Assembly (NCBI RefSeq): GCF_009914755.1
Contig: NC_060936.1
Reading direction: 5' to 3' (one strand)
DNA length: 64,000 bases
Source: the human T2T-CHM13v2.0 reference genome, Homo sapiens
Part shown: piece by piece, positions 40,921-55,288 of the stretch
How the letters are laid out: every line of letters begins with the position of its first letter
Numbering within the stretch: position 1 is the first letter of the stretch
The notes under the pieces: model-generated
The model's database searches: none
Told to the model about the DNA's origin: nothing
Seen by the model: the letters and a program-made list of their open reading frames with translations, nothing else
Made by a program: the position numbers and the translations under genes

Positions 40921-42767
40921 CCCTTGGACACATAGAAAGCTAGACATGAGAAGGGTCCAATCCATGACCAGGAACTTGTCCACTTGTCAAATAGCCCAGA
41001 ATACACCCTTGCCTTGCTCTGGGTCTCACATCCTTCCTTAGTAAACTGGCTATCAGAACACAGTCCTTCCAAAGTCCTGGGAAGAATTTCTTCCATTAAA
41101 GTTCCCCTGCCAGATCAAGTAGCACTCAGTGTCTCCCCAGCTGAGTACTGTCCCAGTGGCATCTTTAGTACCACCCCTTTTCTAGGCAGGGGTGGGTAAA
41201 GGTAGAGGGGCAGCAAGTAGGTGACCTTCCATGTTACCAGGCTCTCTGCATTTTTCTGATGTCACTGCCAGTCTCTTGTCTCCTTAGACTCAATGGCCCT
41301 TGGTGTGTGTCTGCTATTGCAGAGGCTAATCACATCTACAAAATGTATCTTTTTACTGTTTCTGTTATACTGCTTGTTGCCTCTAGGATGTTAAAGACAG
41401 CACAGTCTCTGGCTGCCATTCCCAAGAAATCCACACACCCCAAACATTTTGTGAATTTCAGCAGCATTTCCTCAAGACTTGGTGGTGCTAAGGGTGGTTG
41501 AAGCTTACCTACATTACCTACATTTAATTCTCACATCAGCGTTGTGAGGCAGACATCATTAGTTTCACTGTGCTAAGCATCGTGACCCTGGCACACAGCT
41601 AATAAATGAGGGGGTTTTCAACCAGTTACTTTGTACTGGGTCCTTCTTAAGAACCAGGGAATTGAGAGCCTTGTGTTCACTCATAAGGTAATGGAACTTA
41701 ACTGAGCCACTGGAAATAGTGATACTTGTCATTTATTCAATTTACCCCACACATGAATACCTCCCAACAGTGGAAAGAGTCAGCTGTGCTCACTAAAAAG
41801 GTGGTGAAGTGGTCACGTGCACAAGTATGTGTGTGCAGTCAGGAATGTGGAGACCAGGGTAGGGACGTGTGAAAAATGCTGGATGTGGGTTCAGCATGGC
41901 CCTGCCCTGCCCCAGAGCCTCCACATAGGAATGCCAGTGTCATGAATCTTAAATTCCATCCCAGCTGCATGGGCAACATCAGCCCCACCCAGATGGAGTG
42001 GGAAGGGGCGTGGGATGAGCTTGCTGAAGGGGCGGCCATCTTTCTAGTCCCGCCTCAGTGTCATGGTAGCCAGGCAGATGTCTGTGAACACTTGTGGAAA
42101 AGTGGGATCCAAATATGAAGAGCTGCTGCCTCCCTGCCTGTGGCTGTCCTCTGCCTGGGCTATGTTCATTTCTCCTTGCGGTCTAAGGGAATCTGCTCTT
42201 CATGCCCCCATCTCCTGGGCAGGTACCCTTGGAACTCCCATAGCTATCCTGCAGTGTCTTGGATGCTCTTCTGCATCTTGTGTCTCCTTGTGATGATAAA
42301 CTCCCTGTTAAACTGCCTGAGGCCTGAGATAGCTGAGGCACTTCTCCTACCTCCTCCACACATTCCTTCCATTAACACGCTGCCCTGGGTGCCTTCGTCA
42401 GATGCATTTGTGCTCTTCCAGTAGGACCCTGAGGGAATGCAGCCCCAGAGCGATTTGCCGGCAGGCGCTGTGCTTTCTTGCCTTTGCTGGTCCCCACATC
42501 TGGACACCACCTCTGCCTTTCCAACGCCCGACTCCTCTTTCCCTAGTGCTGTGAAATCTCCCCCTCCTTTGAATTCCAGACTGCTTAATTCCATTCCTTC
42601 TTGCAGCATTTATAATTATAGCAATAACTAACCTCTGTCTGGCTAGTATTCCTTACAAAGCACTTCCCCATATATGATCTTTTCTTATTCCTATGAAAAG
42701 AATTTGGCAAATAGCTGCCCTGCATTTCATATTTTCTATGAAGATTCTTTACATATATGTCACTCTT

Positions 42768-43061
42768 TTTTTTTTTCTGAGAAGGAGTCTTACTATTTTT
42801 CCCAGGCTGGAGTGCAATGGCCCGATCTTGGCTCACGGTAACCTCTGCCTCCCAGGTTCAAGTTATTCTCCCTGTCTCAGCCTCCTGAGTAGCTGGGACT
42901 ACAGACATGTGCTACTTCACCAGGCTAATTTTTGTATTTTTAGTAGAGATGGGGTTTCACCATGTTGACCAGGCTGGTCTGTAACTCCTGACCTCAGGTG
43001 GCCTGCCTGCCTTGGCCTCCCAAAGTGCTAGGATTAAAGGCATGAGCCACTGTGCCCAGCC
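42768..43061 (-). mobile_element. AluS (Sq/Sp-like) inside a MIR (-)
   Basis: TSD ACATATAT(GT/AC)CACTCTT (42751-42767 / 43062-43078); MIR resumes tacagatgaagaaactga. Confidence 0.93.
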
Positions 43062-43439
43062 ACATATATACCACTCTTAATTGTCACAGCAGAACCACAA
43101 GATGTGTGTTAGTGTGCCTGTTATACAGATGAAGAAACTGAAGTGTGGAGAAGCGAAATCCCTCATGAGTTTATCTAGCCAGGAGTTGAACCTAGGTCTG
43201 CCCAAAGCTTTGTTAGCTGTCAAAGCATGTGGCCTGTGGTGCTCTACTGGGCTCCATTTATAGAGGTGGAAACAGTGGCTGGGTGACTGAGAAAGAACTT
43301 GTACCAGATGGCAGATGCAGGACTGTGTCCCGATCTGAATACAGACTCCAGGCTTCTCCCTCGACATCTGCCACACAGTTGCTGATGTTCATGACTAATC
43401 TTAATCTTTTGATGTGAGCAACATGAGGGTAAGATCAGT

Positions 43440-43847
43440 GCCCAGGATGCTAAATTACCTATGAAAGATAAAGGAGGAGGGAGCAGGAATGGGTGGGAGA
43501 TCCTCAGACCACAATGCCACCTGCTACCGGCAAAGTGGGGGCAGGCAGGCAGGAGGACTTAGGGAGGAGAGCTAGGACTACAGTGCGGCTCTGAGAGGGC
43601 CTCCTCAGGCCCAGGGGCAGGCTCCAGGCACAGGTTCCATCCAGGAGGCCTATCCTGGGCAGATGTGGCCTGGCTCTAATCCTCCCTCATGCTCACTCAT
43701 GGCTGGGAGAATTCAGGGAGATGGTGGCCTTGGTGCAAATGCCACAGTGATTCTAAAGGCACACAGCTGCTGGCTGTCAGTCAATTGCACCCTTGGCCAA
43801 TGCTCTCTGAAAAGAAGAGCTGAGCAGTGCACCTGCATGAGAACCAC
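43440..43847 (-). mobile_element. LTR16B/D-like LTR
   Basis: cctatgaaagataaaggaggagggagcagga..tcagaccacaatg..ctcactcatggctgggag..ggccttggtgcaaatgcc. Confidence 0.6.
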
Positions 43848-43849
43848 GT

Positions 43850-44270
43850 GGACGAAGCCAATGCTTTGGACTCAGAAAGACCTGACTTACCAGCCACGGG
43901 TTCACAGGTAAGTCAATTAGTTTTTTTGAGTTAATTTACTTACCTTTGGCTGACAGATGGATTAAATGAGGTATTGTATGTAAGATGCCTGTCATGATAC
44001 AGCTGCTCAAAAATGGGCAGTTACCTTCCCTCTGGGAAGTCTGCTATAGTGGTTGGCAGGATAGATTCTGGAGAGAGATGGCTTAGGTTCAAATCCTGTT
44101 TCTGCTACTTGTTAGCTGTGTGATCTTGAACAAGTTACCTAACCCCTCTGGGACTCAGGTTTCTTCTGCAAAAACTGGAGATAATAATAGTTCTTAACCT
44201 CAGGAGGGATATTGTGAAAACTAAATGAGATAATCCATGAAGAAGTCAGAATGTAACAGCTATTACTGAT
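43850..44270 (+). mobile_element. Two MIRs
   Basis: ctttggactcagaaagacctg; ggttcaaatcctg..tagctgtgtgatcttgaacaagttacctaac. Confidence 0.75.
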
Positions 44271-44308
44271 GGCCTGTATCCTTAAGGATAAAGGGAAATG
44301 CATAGCAG

Positions 44309-44327
44309 TGGCCTGCAGAGGGCAGTA
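44309..44327 (+). promoter_or_regulatory. Candidate CTCF motif
   Basis: TGGCCTGCAGAGGGCAGTA closely fits the CTCF core TGGCCASYAGRKGGCRSTA; motif only. Confidence 0.5.
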
Positions 44328-44836
44328 TCCCCACAGCAATCTGATTTGCCTCTGGGCCAATGCTGTTTCTGGGCCTTTCAAGTTCAGAGCAGAAAGAAAC
44401 AAGGTGTACAAAGCACAGCAGAGTGACTAAGTGACAAAATGTGCCAGAAGAGATGTGGAGAGCATGTAGAATAGGTAATATTTTTAAAAATATTATTTAT
44501 TGGTGGGTGGCTGCAATGAAACAGAATGGAGAAAAATATCAATAATTTCAAATAAAAATCCTATGCACAATTTAAGGTGAACATGGAAACCAAAACTTCT
44601 CATAGAAAATGACACACCTGCTCTCTTTGGACATGTCTTAGGAACCCCTGGAGTCTGGTGGCCTGGGCCCTAGTTTGTTTATACAATTTGTGTCAGAGAT
44701 CAAGACACTCTTTGAAAACACCTGGAAAGCAACTTAAAGATCAACAGTTTAGAGCTGAGTGAATTGAAAGTGGAGTGCTTTGGAGTTACAGGCATCTGGT
44801 ATGTAATACCAGCTCAGTCCCTATGTAGCTGGGTGA

Positions 44837-45111
<275 letters not shown>

Positions 45112-45479
45112 TATAGCTGGGCGACTTTAAGCCACGCGATTCATCTCTCTGTGGGATGCAGACAACCTTTTGAACAGTCAGAGCAAAGGGCCAGGCCAGG
45201 GATTATCATCAGTCTGTATTCCATGCCACATCCCCTCAAAGTCCTTTTTGATTTGCCCCTATGCTATCCTGCAGGACATTCTTCTAGTTTCTTAAGCATC
45301 TTGGATAAAGGGGGGCATTTTCTTACACCCCCAGTGTGCCTGTCACTCTTTTTGCTTCTGGTGAATAACTGCAATGTCTACTATCTAGTCTCCTAATTAG
45401 GTGTCTCTTGGGCCACCATTAACCATCGTCAAACACTGAAATCCCTACTGCTCTTTGTCATGGAGTCTGCTTCATGTAC

Positions 45480-45872
45480 AAAAATACAGTTTATGTTGTT
45501 TTCAACCTAAATGTCTAAATCCCTGCCTCATTCTGTACATATCTTTCTGTAACTTGCCCTTTTCACTTAATCCTGTACCTTAGAGAGTTTTCCATGCCAC
45601 ACATAAACATTGACCTTGTTCTTTAATGCTACAATGGCAATCCACTGTAGGAATGTCTAGAATGAAAGAATTCCAGTGTCAAAGGCTATTTAGACTTTTT
45701 GAATTTTCCCCTTTAAAAAGCAGTGTGGCAAGGGTGCCTGTGTGTGCCTCGTCCATTTCTGCAAGTCTTTCACTAGGATGGATCCTAAAAATGGGGTTGC
45801 CAGGTTTCAGGGGTGAGCATGTAGAATTTTGACAGATACTAACAAGTCACCCCCAAAGTCTGTGCCTACTTA
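45480..45872 (-). mobile_element. L1ME-like fragment
   Basis: ttctgtaacttgcccttttcacttaa..ttgttctttaatgct..aattttgacagatac. Confidence 0.65.
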
Positions 45873-46033
45873 TCATATAGTGTGGTATAGTATAATACAG
45901 CATAGTGTAGTACAGTGTAGCATAATATAGTGAGGCACAGTATCATATAGTGTAGCATAGCATAGTGCAGTATAGTGTAGAATAATATGCTATAGTCTGG
46001 TATAAGATAGTATAACATAGCATAGTGTAGCAG
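45873..46033. repeat. Degenerate pentanucleotide repeat (YRTAG)n
   Basis: tatag/tgtag/catag units in 5-bp register. Confidence 0.85.
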
Positions 46034-46039
46034 AGTGTT

Positions 46040-46425
46040 CTAACACACTCTTTATTATAGTCCTCAGATGACAGGTAAGGTTTTATGTCAAAAATTGAGG
46101 AACTTGAGAGGCATATAGCCTCGTGGTCAGGAGCCAGATATTGCATTCAAATCTTAACTCTACCCCTCACAATTTTTGTGACTTTGGGCAAGCAACTTAG
46201 TCTTTTGTGACTCAGTTTTCTCAATGAGTTAATATATGAAAAACACTCAGAACAGGTGCTGGCAAGCAGCAAGCAGAGACCCATTGTTTTGTGCCACTGT
46301 TATCCCAGTTTCTCTAATCTGTAACACCTGGGGTGTTGGTGTTCTTAATGTGTGAGAAGTCGCAAGACACATGGGGTGCATGCAGTCAGAGAATACATTT
46401 CACTAGTAGATTTGTTGAAATAAGT
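46040..46425. mobile_element. MIR (-), MIR (+) and L2 3' fragments
   Basis: tgaggaacttgag; tgtgactttgggcaag..ctcagttttctca; tttgttgaaat. Confidence 0.55.
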
Positions 46426-47208
46426 AGTTGATAAATACCTAAAATGCTTTTACATGGAAACAAATAAATGTATTTATGAAGAAGAATGCAAAATTGGTAT
46501 AAATTTGAAAATATGGAACCTCAAAAATAGAATACCTGTTGAGGGCTTCTATGAACTCGATACTTCACCCCACTCCCTTTGCAGGTGCTCGCTTTGGATT
46601 ATTCTGGAGTGAAAAGGTCAAATAATTAGAATAATTCATGGTGGTTTGCCTTCTGAAAAAAACTGAGGATCTTCGTGGGTCTAGATTTGCTTTCTTTGGT
46701 TTCCAGGTACTAATGTTTTTTCCTTAGCAATGAAATGCAAATTATTCTCATAGACAGCCAATATTGATGTTTCAGCAAATCAATGAACAGATGTTTTGCT
46801 TGAAATGATTTCTAATTAGTGCTCTATAAATGGCTGGAGTTTAAAATAGTCAACTAGGTAATCAGAGTTAGCCTTCATTTCCTATCTTACTGAGTCACTG
46901 GGAGAGATGGGGCACCAGGAAAACCCCAGATTTTCATAATCTTCAGATGTCATTGAAACTTGTACCTCAATTACACTGTCCTTCACTCTCTGCCCTTCTT
47001 TCACTCCATTTTCCTATTGTGTCTTTCTTTTTTCACATATGTTTGTCATATTGCAGTCAGTTAAAAATCCAGTTTGTCTTCCTCACCAGCTTTTCAAGGT
47101 GAAACAAAGTGGCTTCAAATTTTGTCTTAGTTATTTGTGTGAACTTGGGCAAGTTAGCTAATCTCCTGAGGCCTCTATTTGCCTCAGCTGGAAAATGTGG
47201 GTCATTTC

Positions 47209-47720
47209 TGCATCAGGTAGGGATTCTTCTGCTGCAAATACTAGAAAACTCATCCCAAACAGAATTTCCTGGCTCACGTGAGTGGAAAGGTTGTGGGTTC
47301 TCACTTTAGGCATATTTTGATTCATGACTCAATAGTCACCAGAGGACCCAATTTCTTCCTTTCTGCTGCAATTCCTTAGTTTTGACTCCAATCTCAGGTT
47401 TCAAATGGTAGAAGGACAGTTACATTTGCTCCATTCCCCACACATCTCAGGCTTGAATTCTAAAGGAAAGCCAGCCAGACTCCGTCCACACATTCCTAGC
47501 GGAAGCCTCACTGGGTCTCGCTGAAGCTGATTGGGTCTTGTGCCTATCCCTCAACCAATCACTGTGACGAGGGAAATGGGAGGCATTTATTGGCTCAGCC
47601 TAGGTCACATGACTTGCCCTTGCCCCGGATGTGGTCTCCCCTGGATGTGTTTCCACCACAGGTTGGAGAAGAGAATCCCCAACCCCAGCCTGTGAGAAGT
47701 TGCTAGAAAAAGAGAATATT
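47209..47720 (-). mobile_element. MLT1K/L-like LTR
   Basis: ttgggtcttgtgcctatccctcaaccaatcactgtg..attggctcagcctaggtcacatg. Confidence 0.7.
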
Positions 47721-47859
47721 TGTTTAAAGGAAAAAGGAAAGTGTTTGCTCTCATATCTCTCTGACACGTTTGTCGTGTGGATAATGAGGTGAAATAAAGA
47801 TTGGTACAACTACCTAGCAAAAGTGGCGCATGCTGGGGAATGTCAGTTTTCTGTCAGTG

Positions 47860-48200
47860 TCTCCTCTCTGGCAATTCTTTGGCTATTGCTGCTTTCTCTT
47901 TGTTCTTTTGAGATTTTGTACGCTTTGCAACAATTCCTCAATTGATGCTTCTATCTCCAGTTCCAACTTCTCGTCATAGTTTTAGTCCTGCGTTTCCAAC
48001 GACTTTTGATCATTTTGAATTAGTTATTGCAGTGCAACCTACAGATCAACACATCAAAAACCCAGCTTATCATCTGGATCCTTAAATAAGATCCTCATTC
48101 CTGAATCCTTCCCTTCTGCTCTTGGGTCCCACGCATCCCAGCAGGTACTAAAATGGCCTTGATTCCATATCCATTTTTATTTTCACTTGATGCTCGGATC
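47860..48200 (+). mobile_element. L2 fragment
   Basis: ctatctccagttccaacttctc..tttccaacgac..tcaacacatcaaaaacccagcttatcatct. Confidence 0.5.
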
Positions 48201-48342
48201 AATAAAATGACCTCCTCACCTCCCTTGTGAATTCTGGATCACTGAGGATGAAAATCTGGAATCCCACAGTTATAAGTCTTATAAACTGCATGAACTTGAG
48301 TAAATAACCTTCCTAAGCCTCAGCTTCCTCATCTGTAAAATC

Positions 48343-48638
<296 letters not shown>

Positions 48639-49253
48639 TAAAATCATTTTTTTTAAACGTATTATTTCAATTTAAATCACACGTCCCTTTGATAAAGGAC
48701 TCAACCTTTGGAGCAAGGTGTGGGCAGTCAGGTTTGTATGATCTGCTGGGCTGACTACTCTGTACTGTCTCTCCTATCCCATTTGACTCTAGTTTATGAT
48801 TCACTTCACTTTCTTTCTCCCCCCATTCGGCAGCAGATATTTTTGATTTAGAGAGTGTTGGCCAACTCTGTAGAAACGCTACTTTCACACCTGTGGAATA
48901 TCATATTGCCTGACATTCACTTCTGTAGCACTTCTAATCCTCTCTGGCTCTGGGATATGTAATTATATACACCCCTTCTCAGCTCTGACTGCTGCAGTCC
49001 CACTGCTGGATTGCTCGTCTGTTTCCTCTTTACCTTCCAGTGACCCCTACAGGGGTTGTTACCTGGGAGGTGTATTTCTCAATACCGAGGCGAATGCACT
49101 AGATGCCATCACAGGCTCATCTATAGGAGCCAACGGGTATGTGGTGAGTTACCTGTGGGGCAGGACTTTACTGTGAGTGGCTAAGCAACCCCGTATAGGG
49201 TGATATAAGGACTCAGAGAGACAGGGAACACACCTGGTTGACCATACTGCATA

Positions 49254-49442
49254 CCTGTTCTGTCCAATATGACAGTCACTAGCCACAGCCACATGTGGTG
49301 ATTTAAATAAAAAATAATTAAAATTTTTAGTCCTTAATTGTACTAACTACATTTCAAGTGCCCAGTAGCCACTTGTAGCTAGTGTCTTCCACTTTGGACA
49401 GCACAGTTACATCATCCTAGGAAATTCTACCTAATAGCACTA
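49254..49442. mobile_element. MER3/MER33-like hAT-Charlie relic
   Basis: ctgtccaatatg..cactagccac..acatttcaagtgcccagtagccac..ttggacagcacag. Confidence 0.8.
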
Positions 49443-50109
49443 CTCTAAAGTGGGGAAACAGGAGCAGGCATGCTGGGCTCTCAGCCAGCCAGAGAGAAAC
49501 AAGGGCTTTGACCCCTCAGCCAATATGATGTGGGCTGGGGAAACTGGCTTGGTTTCAGAGGTAGACACTGGACATGGCAGTGCAAAGCATCCAAGGAGTG
49601 TACAAGTTGAGTTAAGCATCCTTAATGCTATGAAGGGAGGGTGGTCTAATATTTTTGGCCAACCACAATGTTGGGGATATTCATGGCAGATGGGAGCCCC
49701 CAGGAGACAAGCCCCATACTGAGCACTTTATGTAGATTATTTCATTCAACCTTAAAGGGAGAGAATATTACATTGACTTTATAAATAAGGAAACTGAGCC
49801 TCAGAGCAGTGAGTCTAACTGTAAGCTCTTCTTAACTGCCCTGTACTGCCTTAATATTGGGTAAGAAGGACTTGCGTTCTGGGGGAGCAGCAGTCTGAGC
49901 TCTTGGTGGGAAGTTGGCTTGGATCAAGCAGAGTGGCTCAGATTGGGGCTTGGGCCAGCTCTTCAACTCTCAGAGGACTGAAATGTAAGACAGAGGAGCA
50001 GGCTGGGGCAAGGTGGGGATGGGACAGACTTAACTTTGGGGGTGATGCAGATGTCTCGGGGTGCATGCAGATGTTACAGGTGATGCATTCTGCACATCCA
50101 AGAACAGGA

Positions 50110-50290
50110 ATGCAAGTCCTCTGAGGGTAGGGCTGTGCAGTAATGGTTACGAGTGGAACTTGGGGCTACACAGCCCTTCTCTGAATTCCAGTCTTGCCAT
50201 TTATTACTTTGCAACAGCTGAGGTGACCTTTCTGTTTCAGTTTTCTCATCTGTAAAATGAATATGATAAAATGGCAATTATTATTATCAT
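50110..50290 (+). mobile_element. MIR
   Basis: tgaattccagtcttgccattta..tcagttttctcatctgtaaaatg. Confidence 0.7.
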
Positions 50291-51265
50291 TATCTTTGTA
50301 GGCTGAGATATAAATATCATCCTTAGCATAAGTAGCCTTTCCATACAAATGGAATGAAATTGAATCCGGTTGTGAGGATTGGAGAATGTAAGCTGAAACA
50401 AAGCTCTACCTGGATAAAAAGAGAGACTTCCTCAGGCATGTACTAGGGCAATGCTAAGAGTAAGTTAATAATTTACTTCAGGCTCACCAAAATCAGTAGT
50501 TTAGTTTTGCTGTTGGAAACCCCGGAGATGTGTCCGTTTGCTGTAAAAATGACCATCCCATACCACCATTTTGTGACCATTGGCTTTAGCAATATTACAA
50601 ATTATATTAGTATTAATTAATTATGAATTAATTACTTGGCTCAAACTAGAAATTGCCAAATTATTCTCCTTTGGGTGGGCACAACATATTGTATCTGTAC
50701 ACACAGAATAGTTTAGAACCATTTAGTTTAATTCAGTTAAAAATCAGTTATTTTGAAAATATTCAGTTTCCAGATATTCAAGCAAAATCTCAAAATAATT
50801 TGTGTAATCCTACGAATTGGCACATGAAAGTTCTTCAGAGTTGGCCAGACTCATATTCTGTCTGCTTGATAACACTAGTGGGTTTTTGGTAGAGAGACAG
50901 TTTTATCCTGTGTGTATATTTCAACATTAAATTCAAGATTAGAGATATTGTGATCAAGGTCACCACCACTAACAGCGTTGTTAACAAATACTATTGGATG
51001 TCTGTTATGGATGCTAATCTTCCCTGCCCAGTACCACATGGCCAACGTATAGACGCAATCCTACCTCAGTTCCCAAGTTAAACAAAGACTCTGCTTTCAG
51101 CAAATGCATTTCAGAGAGTTTAGTTGTTAAATCACTCAGACTGATGAACTCTTTGGGCATTTTACTTCTCAAGAGGTGAGGTTTCTTGCAATGGGTGCCT
51201 CAGTTGAGTCCTCCAGGCAAGAGGGCTAAGGGCAGAATATATAAATCTTGCCTTCTGTTGTCTGG

Positions 51266-51291
51266 TGTGTGTGTGTGTGTGTGTGTTTGTG
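51266..51291. repeat. (GT)n microsatellite
   Basis: Directly visible. Confidence 0.9.
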
Positions 51292-51729
51292 TACATGTGC
51301 ACTAGTGATGGAGAGATATACCTGTCCCAGGACTCAGATTTGGTATCTACTTGAGTTGCTGTCACACAGTCCTGTGTGACTGTGTAGATAAGCTTTCATG
51401 AGGAGCCTAGACATTTTAAAGTCACATTCATTGGTAGGGTGACCCAAAGAAGCAATGCCCCAGTACTGACTTCTGATCTCCTGTCTGAGAACCAGAGTCC
51501 TGTCCTGAGGTGGAGTATCAACTATGAACCACTGGTTTCCTGTGTTAGTCACCAAGTCATAGCTCACTTTCTTGGCATGCCCTGTTTTGCCTGTAGGGGA
51601 CCAACTCTTGGGTCTCTGAAGCTCAGTGTTCCTTTTTCCTTCTCCCCAGTTTGTCTACCATCAGTTCCAGTTAATAAGGCAAACACTGGCTTTGGCTTCT
51701 TTACAGGGCCTTCCAGTGCTCTCTCTTGT

Positions 51730-51887
51730 CTGGTTCTACTCTCCTTCCTGGGCACATGGGATAACTTTGTTTCCTAGCCACTTTGTACTCAGGTGTGCCA
51801 CAGATTAGTTCTAACCAATGAAATGTGAATGACACCAATGTGTGTCACTCATAGGCCAAAATATTTAAGAGCCAGTGTACCACCATC
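51730..51887 (+). mobile_element. MLT1I/J-like LTR fragment
   Basis: cttcctgggcacatgg..tttcctagcc..tagttctaaccaatgaaatgtga..tttaagagccagtg. Confidence 0.65.
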
Positions 51888-52526
51888 TAAATTATTTATC
51901 CTCCCTCAACATGTAGTAAGTGCTCAGTAAATGACAACCATTGGGATTATGATTCAGTGGAGAAATGTGAAGACATTCCTTGCTAAAGGGATGGCTTGAG
52001 AAAATATCTGGAAACAAGAATAGGGTTATTTGTTGCTTATTTAGAGAATGGAAAGAGATCAACTTAAATAGAGCAGAGGAGTGAGCAAAGTAGAAGGGAA
52101 TGATGTTGAAAGTGTCTAGAACCATGAACCTGGGTTGGATTACTACCTTTCCTCCATTAGCTGTATGTCCTTGGACAAGTTAGTTAGCCTCCTCAAGGAT
52201 TGGGTTCCTCATCTGTGATGTGAGGGGAATGTATGATACATATACAGAGTATTCTGAATACTAATATGGCAAAATTGCTTTATAAGCCAAACAATGTTAA
52301 AACAAACTAAACAATACCTCTCCAATATATTTTATAACATTGTAGAAGGATGAGTATGAATTTTGCCTCGAATTAGCCCATTTCTTTCATCCATCCATGC
52401 ATCCATTCATCCATCCATCCACAATAATTGAATACTCACTACATATGAAGCACTGCAAGCAATGGTGAGTCATTGAAAGAGAGAGAGAGAGAATGAGAGA
52501 GAGCACATGTGTGCTTATGTATGTAT

Positions 52527-52648
52527 TAGGTTGACCTGTTAGATTGAACTGTCTCAGTTTTCCTGGAACTGAGGAGTTTCCTGAGACATGGGACTTTCAT
52601 GCTAAATCCAGGAAAGTCCTAGGCAAATTGGGATAAAATGGTTATGTG
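52527..52648. mobile_element. MER81-like hAT-Blackjack MITE
   Basis: taggttgacc..actgaggagtttcctgagacatgggactttcatgctaaa..ggaaagtcctaggcaaattggga. Confidence 0.75.
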
Positions 52649-53902
52649 AGTGTGTGTTTGTGTGTGTGTGTGTGTGTGGTGATACTTTGAGAAATTTTGG
52701 CACTGAGATATAGGATGGTTTTGCAACAGGGAGAAACTAAAGACAGTTCATTAGGAGAATATTTCAGTATTTTTGGTATGAGGTGATGAAGCCTAAATGA
52801 GGAGACTGGGAGAGGCAGAAATGGAAAAGAGGTTGACAGCCATCAGTGATGTTTTAAAGCAAAATCCAGCAGGATCTCCAAATGGATCAGAAGCATCCCA
52901 GACCATTGCTTATGCCTGCTTATTGCATCGAGGTGAACCATTTGTTAGCCATCAAAAGGTATTAAAGTGATACATGGTTTCAAAAGTTCCTAAAAGTATG
53001 CTAAATAATTTAAAAACTAAGTTCCAATTTTCTCTCTCCTTCAAGGTTTTTGGGAAAGAAGATGGGTTGGAAATGGGAGGGTTTGGGGAGGAGGGTAGAG
53101 CCCTGGAGGAAAGACTAGTACCCTGTGTTTCTCTGCCAATCCCAGCTGTGCTGATCCCTGCCTGGAGCAACAGGACACAGAGCCCTTGCCAGGATGCTGC
53201 TCTGTTCTCACTAATGGCAGCAGAGAGGCGGAGATAGGCAGGCCATATATCCTGTCCCTGCCCTCCCCTTTATGCCACAAAGCCTGGCTGTTCCAGTCTG
53301 TATCTGAGCATCAGACTTCAGTGCAGGATTGAGGATAACAAACAGGGAGGCACTTTGAAATTGTGTGCTAATTATTACTAATAATATTCCCACCCCAAGA
53401 AAAAGCCCGCAGGGAGTTAAAACTCTTCACGTCCTGTTGGGCTCAATGGGAATCCCCATTTCCTAACATCAACTGTTTGTCCCAGGTAAGGCCTCTCTGA
53501 GTACATACTTCTTCTGTTGTGTTCTCTATGTCCAACTTTCAGAAAACGTCTGCTCACAGGAGCAATCCTTCCTTTCCAAGTGGACCACTTCCTATGTCTG
53601 AGTTATTGAGAGAAATTGCCCTGGAGCATTGCTGCAGTGGTAAGTCCACAGCTGCCCTCAGGTATTGTGTTTTTAGCACAGCCTGGGGAAGAGTGGGGTG
53701 TGGTAGGGCTGGCTGAGTCTTAATACTCTAAGCTCCATGGTGAAGTCCATGGTGCAGTCCATGGTGGTCCTCGGCACCCACATGAAGTATTGTTGGAGGT
53801 CCCCACAGCAGCGTGAGTTGTAGCCTAGACTCTTTCATTCTTCTGATTTTCCAGCTAGTAATTGTTGGAACCCTCCCACCTCAAACACCACATACACACC
53901 CA

Positions 53903-53903
<1 letters not shown>

Positions 53904-53943
<40 letters not shown>
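53904..53943. repeat. (CA)20 microsatellite
   Basis: Pure CA run. Confidence 0.95.
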
Positions 53944-53946
<3 letters not shown>

Positions 53947-54068
53947 CCCAAGAAGCAGTGTGAATTCTCAATTATAGCATAGTCAAATCTCAAATGGTAG
54001 CAAAGCATCTTTCCCATGACGAAGTTCCTGCCCATTTTCCTTGACTGGCTTTCAAATGATATGCTTTC

Positions 54069-54134
54069 AAAGCATAATCAGGAAAAGATAAGGCTTCATG
54101 CACGATCTGCAGGACTGTTTCTGGTGATCTTCAA
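54069..54134 (+). repeat. 66-bp dispersed direct repeat, copy 1
   Basis: 62/66 identical to 55289-55354. Confidence 0.92.
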
Positions 54135-54138
54135 ATTA

Positions 54139-54458
<320 letters not shown>

Positions 54459-55288
54459 CTAGCCTACTGGAAATAAAAAAAAAAAACATATTCTATCCCG
54501 AGCTTCACAGAGACCCAGGGGAAGCTTTGGAATTACCATTAACAAGAGCCCAGTTATATTCTTAGGGGTCATTTGCTTCCTCTCTTTCTGGAAAAGGAAG
54601 CTGATTAGGTTCATTTCTCCAGCTACATAACTGGGTCCATTCATATTTATCATCTTTATGCATATCTGATTGCAAAGAATCACAGTACTAGTCTTATTAT
54701 ACACTTAGGTGTTTAGGCTTATGTTAATCATTCTTAACCTGACATAATCCCCCTAAGCCTATTAAAATGGTCACTTTTGTGGCTTTAAGTTTACCAACAC
54801 AATAGTTCATCTAAGTTTCAAACAAGAAAAACAATGCTGATATTCAGAGAAATGGACTCTTAATGTCGCTCAGCTAGTAAATGATTATTAATTGGAAATA
54901 ATTGATCAAACACTTTTACAAGTATCCTAAGAACCATTCTCTGTTTAACCTAGAGCAAAGACCTCCCTATTCTTCTTGGAGCAAATAACAATTATTTTGC
55001 AAACAAAATTAGAGAAGATTTAAAAATGGGAAAATGGTTGCGTTGGACTTTGTTTTTGATTATCTGCTCCATCACTGCCCCTTCCCCTGCACTATTCAAT
55101 CTGTAACTCAGAAAGAGAGTTCAGCTGGCTGATCTGTGAGTTATTGAAGTTTTGGCTTAGAAAGGAAATCTGATCTCTGTCTAAGTGGCACTAATGTGTG
55201 GGCTGAGAGCTGCTACTGTAAATTCAGCAAGGGATTCATTAATGCTGTGAGCCTCCTGGAGCACTGTAGATGGGTGACCTCTGAAATA

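Noticed and set aside
46700-46860. Octamer/ONECUT-like motifs and a possible exon
   Set aside because: AT-rich background and weak donor; no independent support
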